The position numbers were made by a program, and so were the translations under genes. This document shows, in pieces, positions 24,767-38,678 of a stretch of DNA of 64,000 nt. The notes under the pieces were generated by a model. That model was not told the DNA's origin. It saw only the letters and a list, made by a program, of their open reading frames with translations, and made no database searches. Position 1 is the stretch's first letter. Each line of letters opens with the position of its first letter. Source of the stretch: Macrostomum lignano (taxonomy: Eukaryota). The stretch covers positions 86,298-150,297 of the forward strand of contig NIVC01000757.1 of NCBI GenBank assembly GCA_002269645.1, given 5' to 3'.

Positions 24767-25745
24767 ACCCCTGGTCTACCACCAATGCTGCGCCGCGCAG
24801 GCTGATCCGCGCCGGACGCCGTCCGCCAAAATGCCCATGCGCTACAATCAGGCCAAGTGGCAAATGAATTAATAGCAAATAAAATCAATATCAACTGAAA
24901 TTTCTAATTGGCCTGCCTGCCTGCTAGAATACTTTTTGAAAAATGCAGGACCTAGCCATACCATACCTATACTCTATAGTATAGGCCTAGGCAAATTTGA
25001 ATAAAAAGTAGGCCTAGGACCCTATGGTCAAAATCAATAACTTTGCAAAACTATTTAGGCTTTAATAGAATATAAAAGCTTTGCATTTTTAAAAGTGAAC
25101 AAAATTAGAAAGTAATTTATATTTTAGGGGCCTAGCATAAAAGGTTAGCCTACTAATTATAGGTCTAAAAGGTAATCTTAAGATAAATTATAATAGGCCT
25201 AAAATGCTAAATGGTTCTTTTTCACTTCTTAACCAATCTTCTTTTGTATAAAATAGGTCTCAGTTGAATTTTGGTTGAAATAGAATCAAATAAAATAGCC
25301 TTGGCTGAAAAATGGACAAATTTATGTTAGATTAAGCCTTAAGGTTAAGGAAGTCTCAAAATGACAACCAAAAAAAAAGTCAATAAATCATAGGGATCCC
25401 AAATGCGGCAATGCCAAACATTTTACAATCCCGGGATCTAGGACATAAAATTGACCTAATCCTGGGATCCTATAAGCCAATCTAGAAATTGAACAAACTA
25501 GGGATGTTGACCCTGGGGAGTGCTCCCTGGGGCCCTAGGGAGCTTGTTGGAGAGTTCCCTGGGAAATTGAAAATTCCCCGGGGAATCAAACAATCAACAT
25601 GGCTAGAACAAACAAATTTACAAAAAGCTTTCCTCTGTCCACTCCACAAAACAATTTCTCAACCAATTTGAGCATCATTTGGGTTTCTAGGCTACTTTCT
25701 ATTTCTAGCTTATACTGCATTGATAAAATAGTTGAAGTTAGTTGT

Positions 25746-26665
25746 TAGAGATGGAACGAATATTCAGTATTCGTAGTCGGTATTCGGAAAGTATGTTATT
25801 GTGGTAGGCCCGTCTATGGCCCTTTTCATATTACCAATTCCAGAACCAGAATTGGTTCGGAATTCAAAGAAAAACAGCAGTATAACTATTAAACTCTGTT
25901 AATATTTGACTGCCTTAACAACCTAACTTAGCAAAATTTTTCACTTTCTTCTTGGCGATTGTCATTCAATAATAAAAACTTTATAGAACGTATCTCCCTC
26001 TAGTTATGGAGACAAAAAGTTATACTTCACGAATTGGTTCTGGTTCTGGAACCAGAGCAAGCAATATGAAAAGGCCCGTAGGACCACTCGCGGGACAACA
26101 GCGGTCGCTAGCGCGAACAAGGCGGTTTTCCTTCTACTGACGGACTGAGGTCATTTTTTCCATCGGTTGCTCCCTTGACTGTTCCCCCGGTTGTCCCGTC
26201 CGTTGCTCCCCTGGATGCTCCTGTCGATTCCCCATCCCTTGTATGCTTTGTTTTACTGTCCAGCGGCCGGGTTTTCCCCCTTTTTCCTTTGGGTGCTCCT
26301 TTCTCTGTCCCAATCCCCCACCCCCTGGGATTAGCCGTGTCCAATACTATTAATACGTTTGTTTTAACCAATTTTGCTCTCATCCTTGTCGTTTCCGTGT
26401 CCGCCCCCGTTCGTTTGCGTTTAGTTTGTCTTGAGTGAGTTGTGCTCCATCTTGTGCTTTTACTTGTTGCTTATTCTGCGATTTGAGCCCCACCCCTAGC
26501 GTTCGGTTATAAGTAAGTCATTCTATTGTTCGCTCTCGGCACCGCTGAATCGTTCTCGCAGTGTCCGCCACGAAGTAATAATTTAGTAACTCTATTATAT
26601 AGTTCAACATTTATAAACCAATTTATTAAAAAAAAGTCTAACAAAATCTGTTCGTTCCATCGAAG
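25746..26665. mobile_element. Possible hAT-type non-autonomous element with nested inserts
   Basis: TAGAGATGGAACGAA at 25746, and a partial inverted match TTCGTTCCATC at 26651-26661. No TSD was confirmed. Confidence 0.4.
25818..26077. mobile_element. 260-bp MITE
   Basis: TIRs GGCCCTTTTCATATT and AATATGAAAAGGCCC (1 mismatch), with subterminal CCAGAACC/GGTTCTGG repeats. Confidence 0.65.
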
Positions 26666-27977
26666 CCTGTAGTTTCTATTGAGTCATTTGCCCACGGGGC
26701 ATAAAACAATTAATTAGTCTTAACTCAAAGAAAGCTCTGAGACCCTCAACGTTCCGTAATACGAAATTACGGTGGAGGCAGCGCTACTACTTTACTACTG
26801 ATAGTAACAAACCGAACATATCGACAGATTACGAAATTTTCGGTGTCGGAGAACCGAACTGAACGACCGTGCCTTTAAAAGACTGCTTGACTGCGATTAC
26901 AACTACCCTCCCCCGGAATTGAGGACCCGGCAGACGGAGTATCAAAGGAGAAGCTGCATGTATAATACGAATCAGTTCGTGAAATTTCCGGCTTTACGAG
27001 TGCCGAGACAACACAGGCGGCAATTCAAAGTTAAACCGCCCCACCTCATTGGTGTCAGCGAAGCAAACCGACGCCCCATTCATTTATTTTCTTCTCCGCC
27101 CCACCTCATTATTTTTTGCTATTCGTACGTTTCGTTCTTGGATTCGTTTCAAATTTTTAACGAATACAAGAATAAAACAAGAGCAAGTGTAATATTTTAA
27201 ATGTGCAAGTTTGTATGGGAAGCAGTATTTTTATCATAGTTCAAAGCTTAGATATGATAACACTTGGTTTGCTGTCTACATGGATTGCAGTATGGTACCT
27301 TTGCTTTCATGCCTGCTTGCTCCCTTACGGCCCCACTTTCATGCCTATCTGCTTGGCTAGCAAGTTGTCTGATTTGATAGCCTTTGCTATTGCATCATAA
27401 TTGTGTCAAAGGCTATAGCCCAAAAGAAAATGTATTGTTGCAGTTTTAGCAAATCGTGAAATGTAGGAAAGATTTACTCAAGCCCAGTATTCTCAAAGCT
27501 TAGCAGATTTTATACAGGTATGAATTGCTTTTGTTATATGATCTATTTGTTTGGTCTTGCCCGAATGTGTGTGCAAGAATACATGTAATTAAGCAAACTG
27601 TATAGGCACAGTCTTCCTTCAACGTGAAAGTTATTCTTATAAGACAATATTAGCACAATTGACTACTTTGTGCTAATGCACGATGGTGCAAGGAAACTGT
27701 AGTTAAAATTTAACCTATTGAGCTTAGCACTTAGTCCAATAGCTGTGCAAGAGATCGGTGCGAAAGTTTTTGCATCATTGACTGCTTTGTGTCGAACTAC
27801 CAACCAATCCAATTGGAGTTACATTTCTCATTGGCTGACAATGAAATGTTGCTGTCTGTGGGGTGCATTCAAATGGAAGACATACATGCACGAGTATTTA
27901 TAACAGTTTAGGTGAAAAACAATTATTACATTTTTCTACAAAAATCTTCTAGAAAGGTAATAAGAATTCTAACTTGA

Positions 27978-28720
27978 ATGGCTACTATGAAGAAAGCTAT
28001 ATCTGCTCTATTCTTCGCAGTGTCTGAGGATAAGTTTAAGGCAAAGTGTAATAGTTGTAGTGAGGTACTGTCAAGGGGCACAAACCCGATTGAAAAAGTT
28101 AACGAACACAGCAATGAGCAAACATCTTAAAGCCAAGCACCCAGAATTGGCTAAGAGTGTTCAAGATGGTGCGGCTGCTGATGAGGCAGCTTCCTTCTTC
28201 CCTGCCGCCAAGAGGCAGCGCGTGGCAGCAGTATTTTTGCAGCAAACTATCGAAGGCATGATGGAGTGCACAACAATTTGGGACATCAACAGCGACAGTG
28301 CCATCCAAGTCCTCAACAAGATAGGTAAGAATCAAAGCTTCCTGTTTGTGCTTTTATTGATTCTTTTAATTCCTCTTATCTTATCAAATGACCTCATTTA
28401 GATGTAGCTTATTTAGATAACTTACGAAGCTTCATCACATACAATCATATTTTCTTCCTACCAGGCAAAGCCATTGCCACCGATCATCTGCCGTTCAGTG
28501 CTGTTGAGTGGCCCGGCCTACGCTCGGTCCTAGCCGACGCGTATCCTGGCCTGCCACTGCCAAGTCGCAAGTATATGGCGAAGTTTTCATGCCTCGCCTA
28601 TATACAACGAAGTTCGGCAAGAAGTTCAATCACTTCTTGAGCAGGTGGTTACAGTCGGAGCAACAAGCTCCGAAGAAAGACCATTTCGGAGAAATGTACA
28701 CTTTGGTGAATGATTTGTGA
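27978..28720 (+). pseudogene. Truncated hAT transposase N-terminus (BED zinc finger), intron 28325-28464
   Basis: KAKCNSCSEVLSRG, then a frameshift, then TNTAMSKHLKAKHP (BED finger). After G|GTAAGA...CCAG it reads AIATDHLPFSAVEWPGLRSVL...LPSRK. No DDE core follows. Confidence 0.8.
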
Positions 28721-29249
28721 CCACATCGGCGAAGCCTGTGGAATTTTACGAAACAATAAATCGAATAAAGCAAATTTTTTAATGTAATACACGTGTATTC
28801 TGACAATGTTCAATATTTTTAAAGCATACAATATTGTTTTACTAATGCGCATAATTTCGTGCGGTAAAGTCAGAAAAATACATCACACGACTTCACAAAA
28901 AGACATTCAGGCTCTCCATTCGGTGTCTATCCCTCTCTCTATCTATTGATGCATGTATCTATCACTCTATACATAAGGCGCTATGGCACGTAAATGTGGA
29001 AAGTTTTATTTTGCATATTCCGAGCCATTATAGATCGCCTCTGCTGCAATATCCGAAACATGGTAGAAACTAGAGACCTGATCTTAGTTTGTAGAGTGTC
29101 ATTCATTCATAAAATACTACTGTACATGTAAATAGGATAATGCAAACACGCGCAGTAAAACTAAAACTTTGAATCATGACTTATATGTTACTACTGTACA
29201 TGTATAACGAAAAATAGTGTGAATAATGTAATGTAATGTACATGTATGT

Positions 29250-29870
29250 CGATTCAAGAGTCATGGAGATCACTGCAAAGCAACTCATCCATGACCATGT
29301 TCCAGAGAACGGGGGTGAGGACCCCGCCCTGAGAGCCCCTTTTCTGGACAGGCGCCGTTAGGGAGCTGCCGTTCAGGTGGGCCACGACAGTGCGCGCGGT
29401 TCCGGAAGAACATGCGTCGATCCACCGGACAAGGTGAGGGTGCGTGGCCCTGGATTCCAGGGCTCTGCAAAAGGCCTCGAAAATGACATTGTCGTCGAAG
29501 GCCCCCTCAATGTCCAAGAAAAGTAAGAAGGCAAAGCCGCTGCCAAGAACAGCCCTCTCCGGGAAGTCAATTCAATTCTTAAATGACATGAAGGGCACTC
29601 TCAGTGGACCTGTCCGAGCGGAAGGCGTGCTGGTTCTGCGAGAGTGAGAAGCGCTTCAGCTCGACCGAAAGTAGGCGCCAAAGCACCAGTCTTCGAGAAG
29701 CTTAAGGCAGCAAGAGGTGAGGCTGATAGGCCTGAAGGCCTTCACCGATTGGTAGTCGCTCTTTCCAGGCTTGGGGATGACCACCCGCAGGCCTCTCTCC
29801 ACGCAACGGTACAGCTCCACACAAGCTCGGAGGAGACGGGAAACTATACGTACGTTCTTAGCTGACACTG
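29250..29870 (-). mobile_element. LINE reverse-transcriptase fragment (I/LOA-like group)
   Basis: IPKPGKSDY..KAFRPISLTSCCLKLLE, DIEGAFD and QGGVLTPVLWNMVMDELL, with frameshifts. Confidence 0.88.
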
Positions 29871-31200
29871 TGAACGAGCTAACAAAATGTGCAACAGAAA
29901 TGATAAAGTAGATTCATAAAACCAATTAGTCGAGCTGTGCCATGCATTTTTATGATTTTTTAGGTTTTGAAAATCCACGTGGGATGTAAAATTAACATAG
30001 AATTCTAATTTTCTGAACGAAAAACTTTATGAATATAAATAGAGCTATAAGAAAGGCAAAACGCTATATCAAAAGATGAACATTGGGTCTGCCTCCTGTC
30101 GAAAGCAATCGAGAATTTTTGTGCTGAAAAAATGAAAACTTTCTATATCTCATCAGTGTATTTTTCTGAAAAAATCCTGCCTCCTAAAATTTTTCCAAGA
30201 ATCGTATTTTCCAGTCTTTCTACTCCTTGTAAGAGGCCCCCGTGCACAGTGATTTCACATTTACGAGGTAGAGTTCACTGGCGCCTGGTCAAACTCGGGT
30301 TGGAGAATGTGAAGAGCAATTAACAGCTACGAACGCAGAGACCACAGCATCAGAGAAGGGTTAGGGCTATTATACTAAAACTAATGTCTAATATACACAG
30401 TGCATTTAAGCTGCACATGCTTTGCTCGCAATCATGCTAATTGATAGTAGCGGAGATTGTGGCCAAAGGCTAAATAAATTATGAAGTTCATGCACACAGG
30501 CAGCTGACAGGTGTGCTAATCTATCTATAAAATTATTGCCATAAAACACAGATAAAAAAGATACAGTACACGCACTAGGAGAGTGTATAGCAACTAGCAT
30601 AAAAATAGTACATAGTACGTAGCAATTAGTCAATTAATTCGTTTGCTAGCAGCCCCCGAAAGGCTAGAGGCTAATTACTGGCCGAGTGCCTGCTTCCCAA
30701 CTCAGCATCCAAATTATGACAAGCAGAGGCATAGGAGACGAAATGAATCGAGAAGTGGCCACGGCAGCTGCAAAATTTGAGGTGTGGTAATGTTTTGTTA
30801 CCACAAATGTTTTGTTAATGTTTTGTTGCCGGGGGAAGGAGGGGCAGTATAGCTCCCATCTTCCAGCTCCCAATCCTTCATCATGTGCTCCTAACGATGA
30901 GCGGTGAGTATAGCGATCAGTATGAGAGTGCATGCATATATCAACGCGAACTTCTGCTTTTAAACTCGATCGTACATGCTCGCTCGAATTTCAGTGATAA
31001 ATGCTGTGAGCAGCGGCAAACCATTCGACCATTCGGACACTCAGCATCATTAATGAGTCATCGGGGCAGCTGGCCGGCTCAAACGGAAGTCACGTGACGA
31101 GAAAGCTCAGCTCGCCCGACTCGCCCGGAAAGCGGAAGACTTTGAAAAATACCTCATGAGTTTGCCGTCAACTAGAGTACTGCTTAGAAGAGAGTCTTAA

Positions 31201-34200
31201 CCCTAGATGACATTGGCTTGGGGTTTCTTACAAGATCTGACTTGAACTGCGCCCTAAGTTCTTGCAAGAGCTCAGCAGATCTTCGCCATTGAAATACATA
31301 GTCAATTCTTACCAGATCTTCTGAACAGATCATGCAAGATCTTCGGGCCAGATCTGCTAAGATGACACAGGATCATGCAAGTTCTTGAGGCCATATCTTC
31401 CAAGAAGATACAAGATTAGTCAAGATCTGATAAGGCATAGAAGATGAATGTCTATAGCACGCAATGCGCGTGCAGTACCTCTATGGTGCATACATAATCA
31501 AAATTTTAAGACTCGGGAACTCGGGAAGTTACCTGAAGAAAAAAGTAATATAAACAAAAGAAAATTTTTCTCTGCATTTTATTATTGGGTGAATTATTGT
31601 GGCACTATTGGGCAATTCCCTATTTAAACATTTTTACTATTTAATTTTTATTTATAATTTACATACAGAGAGCATATAGTATTTACAAAAGCATGAACAC
31701 AAAAACATAAAGGCGTAATGAAGTAGCAAACACAGCAAAATACAATAAAATTCCATTGCAAAAATTATAGCAAATTATAATTTAATTGCAATCTCGACAA
31801 GCATGCGATATAAACTAAATTATAAACATTTTCCTTAAAAATGTTGCTAAAACAAATCTTTACAAAATTAGGCTATCATACATATATAGTCATTGGCTCA
31901 TTTCCTTTATAGCTAACACAAAATTTAGAAAGTAAAAATTCACAATCAAATTGCAATTCGTCCAATTTAATATTTAAAGTATTCTACTGTAAGTAGAAAG
32001 TATAACATTTGAGTAAAATTGCAATAATTGCAAGTGAATTGCACAGCAAATTGCAATTTAATTAATTTTTGTGGAAATAAAATTACAATTACGGCAATTA
32101 TATAAATTTCATGGCAATATTTCTAATTTCATCCCAATCCGGGTGTCTTGGAGGGGAGGGAACGGCACATCTTAAGAGCAAATTGCTTCTGCAAGAATAA
32201 GTGTTGAACAAATTTCTCTAAAATCAGAGTAACTATAGTAACTTTTGCTCATCGAAATTTCCGTTTTGCCATATTGCATTACCAACCGTTTCTTTCTGTT
32301 AATTTGATGCCAGTTAGTTAAAAAACCCCCCATTCTGATATAGCTGCATTAAAAACTGTTTACAAAACTGTATTTTGAAAAGTAAACTAGAAAAGTTTTT
32401 TAAAGTATTAAGTTTCGCAAATCTGTTCACCAAAGGCGGCTAGGCATAATGACAGTTAGAGTGCAGCTGGGCACCGAAGGCAGCTGGGCACCGAAGGCAG
32501 CTGGGCACCGAAGGCAGCTGGGCACCGAAGGCAGCTGGGCACCGAAGGCAGCTGGGCACCGAAGGCAGCTGGGCACCGAAGGCAGCTGGGCACCGAAGGC
32601 AGCTGGGCACCCAAGGCTGAGCACCAATGCACAGTAGGCAACGCAGGGCATCTGGCAGGGAAATGAAGATATTTGTGACACTGACAAGACTAATATTATT
32701 CACTTTCTACTTCGAAATTCGGATTTTAGAGCTAAGTAAGCAATATATTAGGTTTTTAAACTACATATTATTTTGCACTTGTAGCTTGTACTAGTAATAC
32801 CCAGAGCGGCTGAAGATAGACAAAATTTAATCTAGTAAGCAAAATAAAAATGTACTCATAATCAGAGAACGAAAAAACGACACGAATGTGTAGGCGCGCT
32901 GCCTGCTTACCTGCTAGGGTTGCTCATACTGCTGGGGCTGCCGTGTCGCCGCAGTGCTCATGCATACTGTGTGCACCTGCCAAGGGGGACGCAAAGTTGG
33001 GTATGAAGTTCTGTAGATATTGGGTTTAATATTGGTTGTAAGTTCTGTAGATTCTTACTGACATCTAAAGTTATTACAGACCGAATGGATCAAATTCAAG
33101 ATAGTGTTAATGTACTAATTACGAAAAAATATACTTTGGTTTTACACAGAAGTAAAAAACACGCGCAAATAAATGGGCTACCTAATTGTGTTCGCAGCAG
33201 CTCAGAATCGGCACAAGGTAGACCTGGTTATCATCGGCCACCAGCAAGCACTTTAGGAAATCCAAACCAATTGGAACAGGAAAGTCGTCGCATCCAAAAC
33301 TGTCTTCGTACTGCTGCCATGAACAACAAAACATATTATTCTTTTTTACTGATAAAATCGGAGAAATTCTGACAGACTGGGTCCCGTGATCAATGCTCTT
33401 GATGACTCCTACAGATTCGCTAGAATAATTCACGATGAAGCTGATGCACGTTCCTTTCCGAGCATTATCATAGGTATGGAACACCTGCATTCCATTGGAG
33501 AAAGAATTCTTACAACTTTTTTTACCATCACGATTTTTGCTTAAAATATTTAGCGGCTGGTGAAGCCTGTGCTGATGCATGAAAGGGCGCAAAATAGCTT
33601 GCAAACAGAATTGGTTATCTCCCAAAAGGCTCAACCGATTTTCATTGTTTCTTCAAAATACTAAAAATGATATACAAAAATGGCTCTTCACCACACTTTT
33701 ATTATTGATTCCAATGAGTGACTAACAGACAAAACTAATGCTTACCTTTTGCCAGGCAGCTTTCTTAGACACAGAGAACTAAAATGGAATTATATTGGAT
33801 TGCTAGTTAGACTTAGTAAGCTATTACTTTTGGGATATACTTATATTCTACCAGTTTTAGTATAATCCTTAACTTGATGATTGTTAAAGAATTAAGCATT
33901 GGAGATATGATTTATAATTCAATACAGCAGCCTGAGCAGTGATAGGCAATGACTAGTTAATAAAAGTTATCTTGAAAAGATAATTTTTTTTAAAATAAAA
34001 AACATTAAACATTTAAACTTAAACTCAAGAAACTAACTTTCTTGATAACAAAAAAACTCCAAATTTTCAAAAAATAGCTCTTTTCTGGCTAACTTGTCCA
34101 TTACTGCAAATATGGAAAGATAATAATAGAAAAGGGACAAAGGCTAGCATAGCAAGCCTTTGTTAGCAAAATAACAAGGTGTTTATTAATGTTGTTGACC

Positions 34201-36751
34201 ACAAAGTCATTACCAAAAACACTATAAAAATATTTTCCAAGGTACACTATCATAAAAATATACATAAATAATGAATACAAAGTCTAAAGTAATTTAAGTA
34301 AACAACCTAGCCCTACATTATAAGCTACCATTATATTTAAAAACTTAAGGACCAGACTAAAGACAAATGCATATATATAACCATTTTAACAACATATTAA
34401 AAATATTTGCATAACTTACCTTGGAAAACATAACATTATTGAGACAAGGCCTCACTATAGGAATTGGTTTTGTTGTACCATAACAAAACAAACACATTTT
34501 GCTGCCTTTGCCTTTCCAAGCCAAAGTAATCCTGGCTTGCTGGTCTACGTTGCCTTTTAGCCCTTGGACTTTGGCTTGAATGATCACCAGTTTCCATATT
34601 CTTTCTAAATTAGATAAAAAATTTGCACCTGGAAATTTAAGTTTAGACTCCAGATTAAAATATAATTGTGATCAAAAAAAATATTACTGAGTTTGAAGAA
34701 TATTTTATAAAGATACTCATAATCATGACTACTATTATGCAAATTTTATAAGCTTAAGGACTAAGGGTAATATGCTTATAAACATGCATTTTCTATTTAA
34801 ATCATGACCTCATGATCTCTGGATAATCTTTATAATCCATGATCTTACTTAGCTAGCTTATGGATTAGACCAGTATACTATCTATACTATATACATAGTC
34901 TATATATAGCATTGTCTAAATAGTGTATTACTAATAATAACAGCAAACAAAATCAAACATAATATAATTATCAATGAACCATGTAGTTTAAAGTTAGAAA
35001 CACCCACTTTTCAGAGTATGGCCCAGTGGCAAATATAGAGCCGCAACCAAAAATTTTTTTTCATACTTTTTGAGGTATAGGACCAAGACCGCCACACAAA
35101 GATTGCCATACTTGGGGGAGCTAGGGGGAGGAATTTGGCTTGCCATGTTATTGGATGATGCTGAGAAAGGGTGAGATGGAGAGAGCCAATAAGACAAGGC
35201 TACAAGAAAGAAACTAATAAATGGGCCAAGTGGGTAAATAAGCCAGGCTCCTCATTTTTTTCATTCAATTTGAATTGTAAAGGAACTATAAGATAGGCCT
35301 AGGCATATTGTTAAAATTGCCTTGGTTGACTTGCAACCATTTTGGGCCACTTATTTGCCTTATTAGTAACCAATCTTAGGATATTTCCTCTTATCTAACT
35401 TTATAACCCATCACAACCAATATGGCAATGGCAATGCAGGAAGATAATAGCTCCCCCTCAGTGTCAATTCCATTAGCCAGTTAGAGCTGTGGCAGTCTTG
35501 GTGTATGGCAGTCTTGGTCATGAGCCCTTTTTTGGTCTACAACTATAATTATGCCAGGTCTATTAAGTAGGCCTATTTTCCAATATTGGGTTGTAGTGTT
35601 TGGTATAGCTTGGCCCCTTTCTTAAAAGTTTTCTAGATCTGCACTTGGTATGGCCTTTTATAAAATAGAATAAACTAGAGTCTAAGTAAGGGAAGGGCCT
35701 ATTTATTCATAGCTCAATAGGCCTAACAGACAATATCAGTTATAGGATGTATAGTACCATTGTCTGATTATAGAATAGGGTAGGCCTACCCATGGCCATG
35801 ACCCATGAGTCATAGGAAGGGGGAATAGGTTATGTATGGGTACCCTATGGCCTACCTGTCCCTTGGTTAATAGAGAAGTTAATGAATAATACTTAATAGG
35901 TAAATAGCTAAATAACTGGATATTATATATAATTTATAAGTTGAAAGACCTTATTTTTTCATTCAAACAATAACATTATACCTATGGACATGTTGTCTGA
36001 TATAATTTGTCAGTTGTCATGGCTTTTTCATCATTTTGACATTGCCATTATTATATTATTGCATTAGCCTAAGAATGATGGAATATAGACCTAACCTCTA
36101 AACTTTAAAGGTATTCTACCTAATTCCTAATGATCCTTACCGATTTAAAGATTAAATCTAAAGCACATTTTGGTATATATGCGAAAGATTCAATCAACTG
36201 ATACTATTTTTAGATGGACAACAAGTCAATAATTGCAGATAAGGAGAGGCACGTTTTTCATTACTTTGTTCATATCTATTTTACTAGCTAAGGTATAACA
36301 AAAAATTTTTTATTGCGATGAAGTCTTTAACCGTTATTCCCTTTTATTTATTGAAAGGAAAATCTAATGTATAAAAAGTGAGTAACTTGTTTCGGCAACA
36401 TATATTTAAACATATGTATGTTTAATTTCAAACCTTGTAAAGTAAGATCTGACGCGAAGCAGCATATTTTGTTCCATATCTTGCATGAAAAAGCAGATAT
36501 GACTGACGCAATTAATTACACTTTAAGCTTAACTGAAGCGTGTTTTTATGTTTGTTACTGTCATATTATTTCTTTCTATACATTCCTGATACTCCACACT
36601 CATTTGGATAAGAAATTTATGCACTTATCGTGAGCAGATACTAGCCGCATCTGGTAAGATATTACAAGACATAGCAGATGCTAAGATCTGTTAAGAAATG
36701 AAAGTTAAAAACAGATCTGCTACGCGGGTGTGAACAGATTGTCATCTAGGG
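31201..36751 (-). mobile_element. 5.55-kb degenerate DNA transposon, probably CMC-EnSpm-like
   Basis: Perfect 12-bp TIRs CCCTAGATGACA (31201-31212 and 36740-36751), AA on both flanks, and AGATCT-rich subterminal repeats at both ends. The minus ORF 33182-33634 (VFHTYDNARKGTCISFIVNYSSESVGVIKSI) resembles an EnSpm transposase C-terminus; that call is tentative. Confidence 0.6.
32463..32615. repeat. 17-bp minisatellite (GCAGCTGGGCACCGAAG), ~9 copies
   Basis: Read directly from the sequence. Confidence 0.96.
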
Positions 36752-36984
36752 AACCCACGTAACCAAAAAATCGCCTCGATATCGCTCACTCCCCGCCGGG
36801 CTGTAAGGGGCGATAATATCGCCGATTGATACAGAGGCGATGTCGCTACGTTTGCATAAAGATTGAATTGCTTTTGTATTTGCATTTGAATTCAAATTAC
36901 GCCCTCAAAGCAAGATATATACATGTAAATTCGACATGGTTCTAACAATTGTTACATACAAAGCTTCATCATTGGACATTGCAA

Positions 36985-38678
36985 AAACCCTGACAGACAG
37001 CAGCTCGGGCAGAAATGGATCGATCGAAACCTTCACGGCTCCCGCTAGTGGCTGCTACCTGATCGAAGCTGCCGGAGCCATGCAGAGGAGGCGGCAACAC
37101 TCGGGTGAACATCATCGGTGGCCCGAGAGCTCAGGTCAGCGCCAGAGTCAGCCTGACGGCCGGCACCCAGCTGAGCATCGTTGTGGGCCAGATGGGTGGT
37201 TTGACCTCCCTGAGCTATGAAGGAGGCCGCGGAGGCGGCGGCAGCTTCGTGTACCGGACGGGCGACCGGCTGCTGCTGCTGGCGGGGGAGGCGGTGCCAC
37301 CATGATAAATAGTGGTATATTTTGGGAGATTCCTAAGACTGGCGAGAGATGCACAGCTATTGAAGAGTTCGCTTTTGCACACGGGAAAGGGAAGGAGAGA
37401 AAAAGAGAGAAAGCCAGAATAACGTCGTGTCTAAACGCACGAACTCGCACTTCCAGACCGCAAGTCTGGGAACAAATTTAAGTGCTCGCTTACCGTGGCA
37501 GTCTCTTATTGTTCGCCAGATTCTTCACTTAGTCTTCTTAGTATTTTCCCCGGGGTTCTCCTTGTCGATTCTGAAGTCGGCCGTGTACGAGAGCAACGTA
37601 ACAATTCGATTCGTCGGCGTTAGTGTGTTCCTCGAGCTCGAAAATCAATATCGAAAATGCGCCCTCCCCCAGAAAGGGCGTCTTAATTCTTCTAGAAATA
37701 ACGGAATCTGAGTCGTGTGCCTCGTATCTGTTACTATATAAGGTATCAAAGTCAATCAGAAGTCAATAATCGGAGTATCACGGAACCGGTTCAAAAGAAT
37801 CCTATTCAATCCCTTAGGTCGAACTAGTAAGGCCTTTCAAAATTCAATAGAAACCGTTCGACCAACGACCATCGATAATAATTCAGCTCTCAATAATCAA
37901 AGAACAACTGACATCTCAGAAGGCTTACCAAACGGAACGGATTTTTCTCTCAGAGATTAAGACTGATTCCGGTTTAGTTTGATGGGGTGAAGAGGTTAAA
38001 TAAATTTGACCCTTTTGACAGTTGAATAGAATTTTTGTAAATACAATAGGGGATGAAGGACACTGTTTACCTTATTTGGGGTCATGATTCATTGTCTACG
38101 CTATAAAGGGTAATATCATGGCTATCTCTTGCGTTAAAAAGTAACATGATTCAAAGTTTTAGTTTTACTTCGCGTGTTTGGGTCACTCTACTTATAGTAG
38201 CATGTTGTGAATGAATGAAAGTCTACACTATTTAGGGGCGTCTTGAGGCGTCCGATAATTTTGGTTGGAACTCTGCGCAGGAAGGCCAGGAGAGGTCGGC
38301 TCAGGCTCGGCCTACATGTAGGCTCAGGATTTGGAGGCAGCAACGGCCAGCCGGGCTCCAATGATCCAAGCGGCACTTTCAGCACCACCAACCATGGCGG
38401 CTGCGGCGCTGGCTGGCTCGGCAGGCCCGTCAACCCGAGGCGCAGCTCCAACGATGGCGAGTGAAGCGGCGGTCCGGCCGAAGGCTTCGTCGGTGGCAGC
38501 ACCGGTGGTGGCAGCGCCTGCCACGGCGGCTTCGGAGGAGGCGGAGGCGGCTGCGGTGGCTCCTTCTGCTTGGGCGGCTGCGTACGTCTCCGGAAACGTC
38601 TCGACTAGCGACTGGGGCTTCGCGTCCATCCGGTTGGAGTCCACATCCGGTAGCTGCGTCTTCCTAAGCTACAGGTAG
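36985..38678 (+). pseudogene. Disrupted gene for an ALK/LTK-type glycine-rich-domain protein, two blocks (36985-37320 and 38281-38678)
   Basis: FTAPASGCYLIEAAGA; GGPRAQVSARVSLTAGTQLSIVVGQMGG; GGGGSFVY..LLLLAGGGG; GAGW; EGFVGG; GGFGGGGGGC. These match glycine-rich-domain motifs. Frameshifts and an in-frame TGA (38461) are present. Confidence 0.7.

Noticed and set aside
25800-26511. Solo LTR
   Set aside because: It starts with TGT and is LTR-like in composition, but it ends in TA rather than CA, has no matching TSD and has no PBS or PPT.
32427-32703. Overlapping ORFs on both strands
   Set aside because: They are translations of the 17-bp minisatellite.
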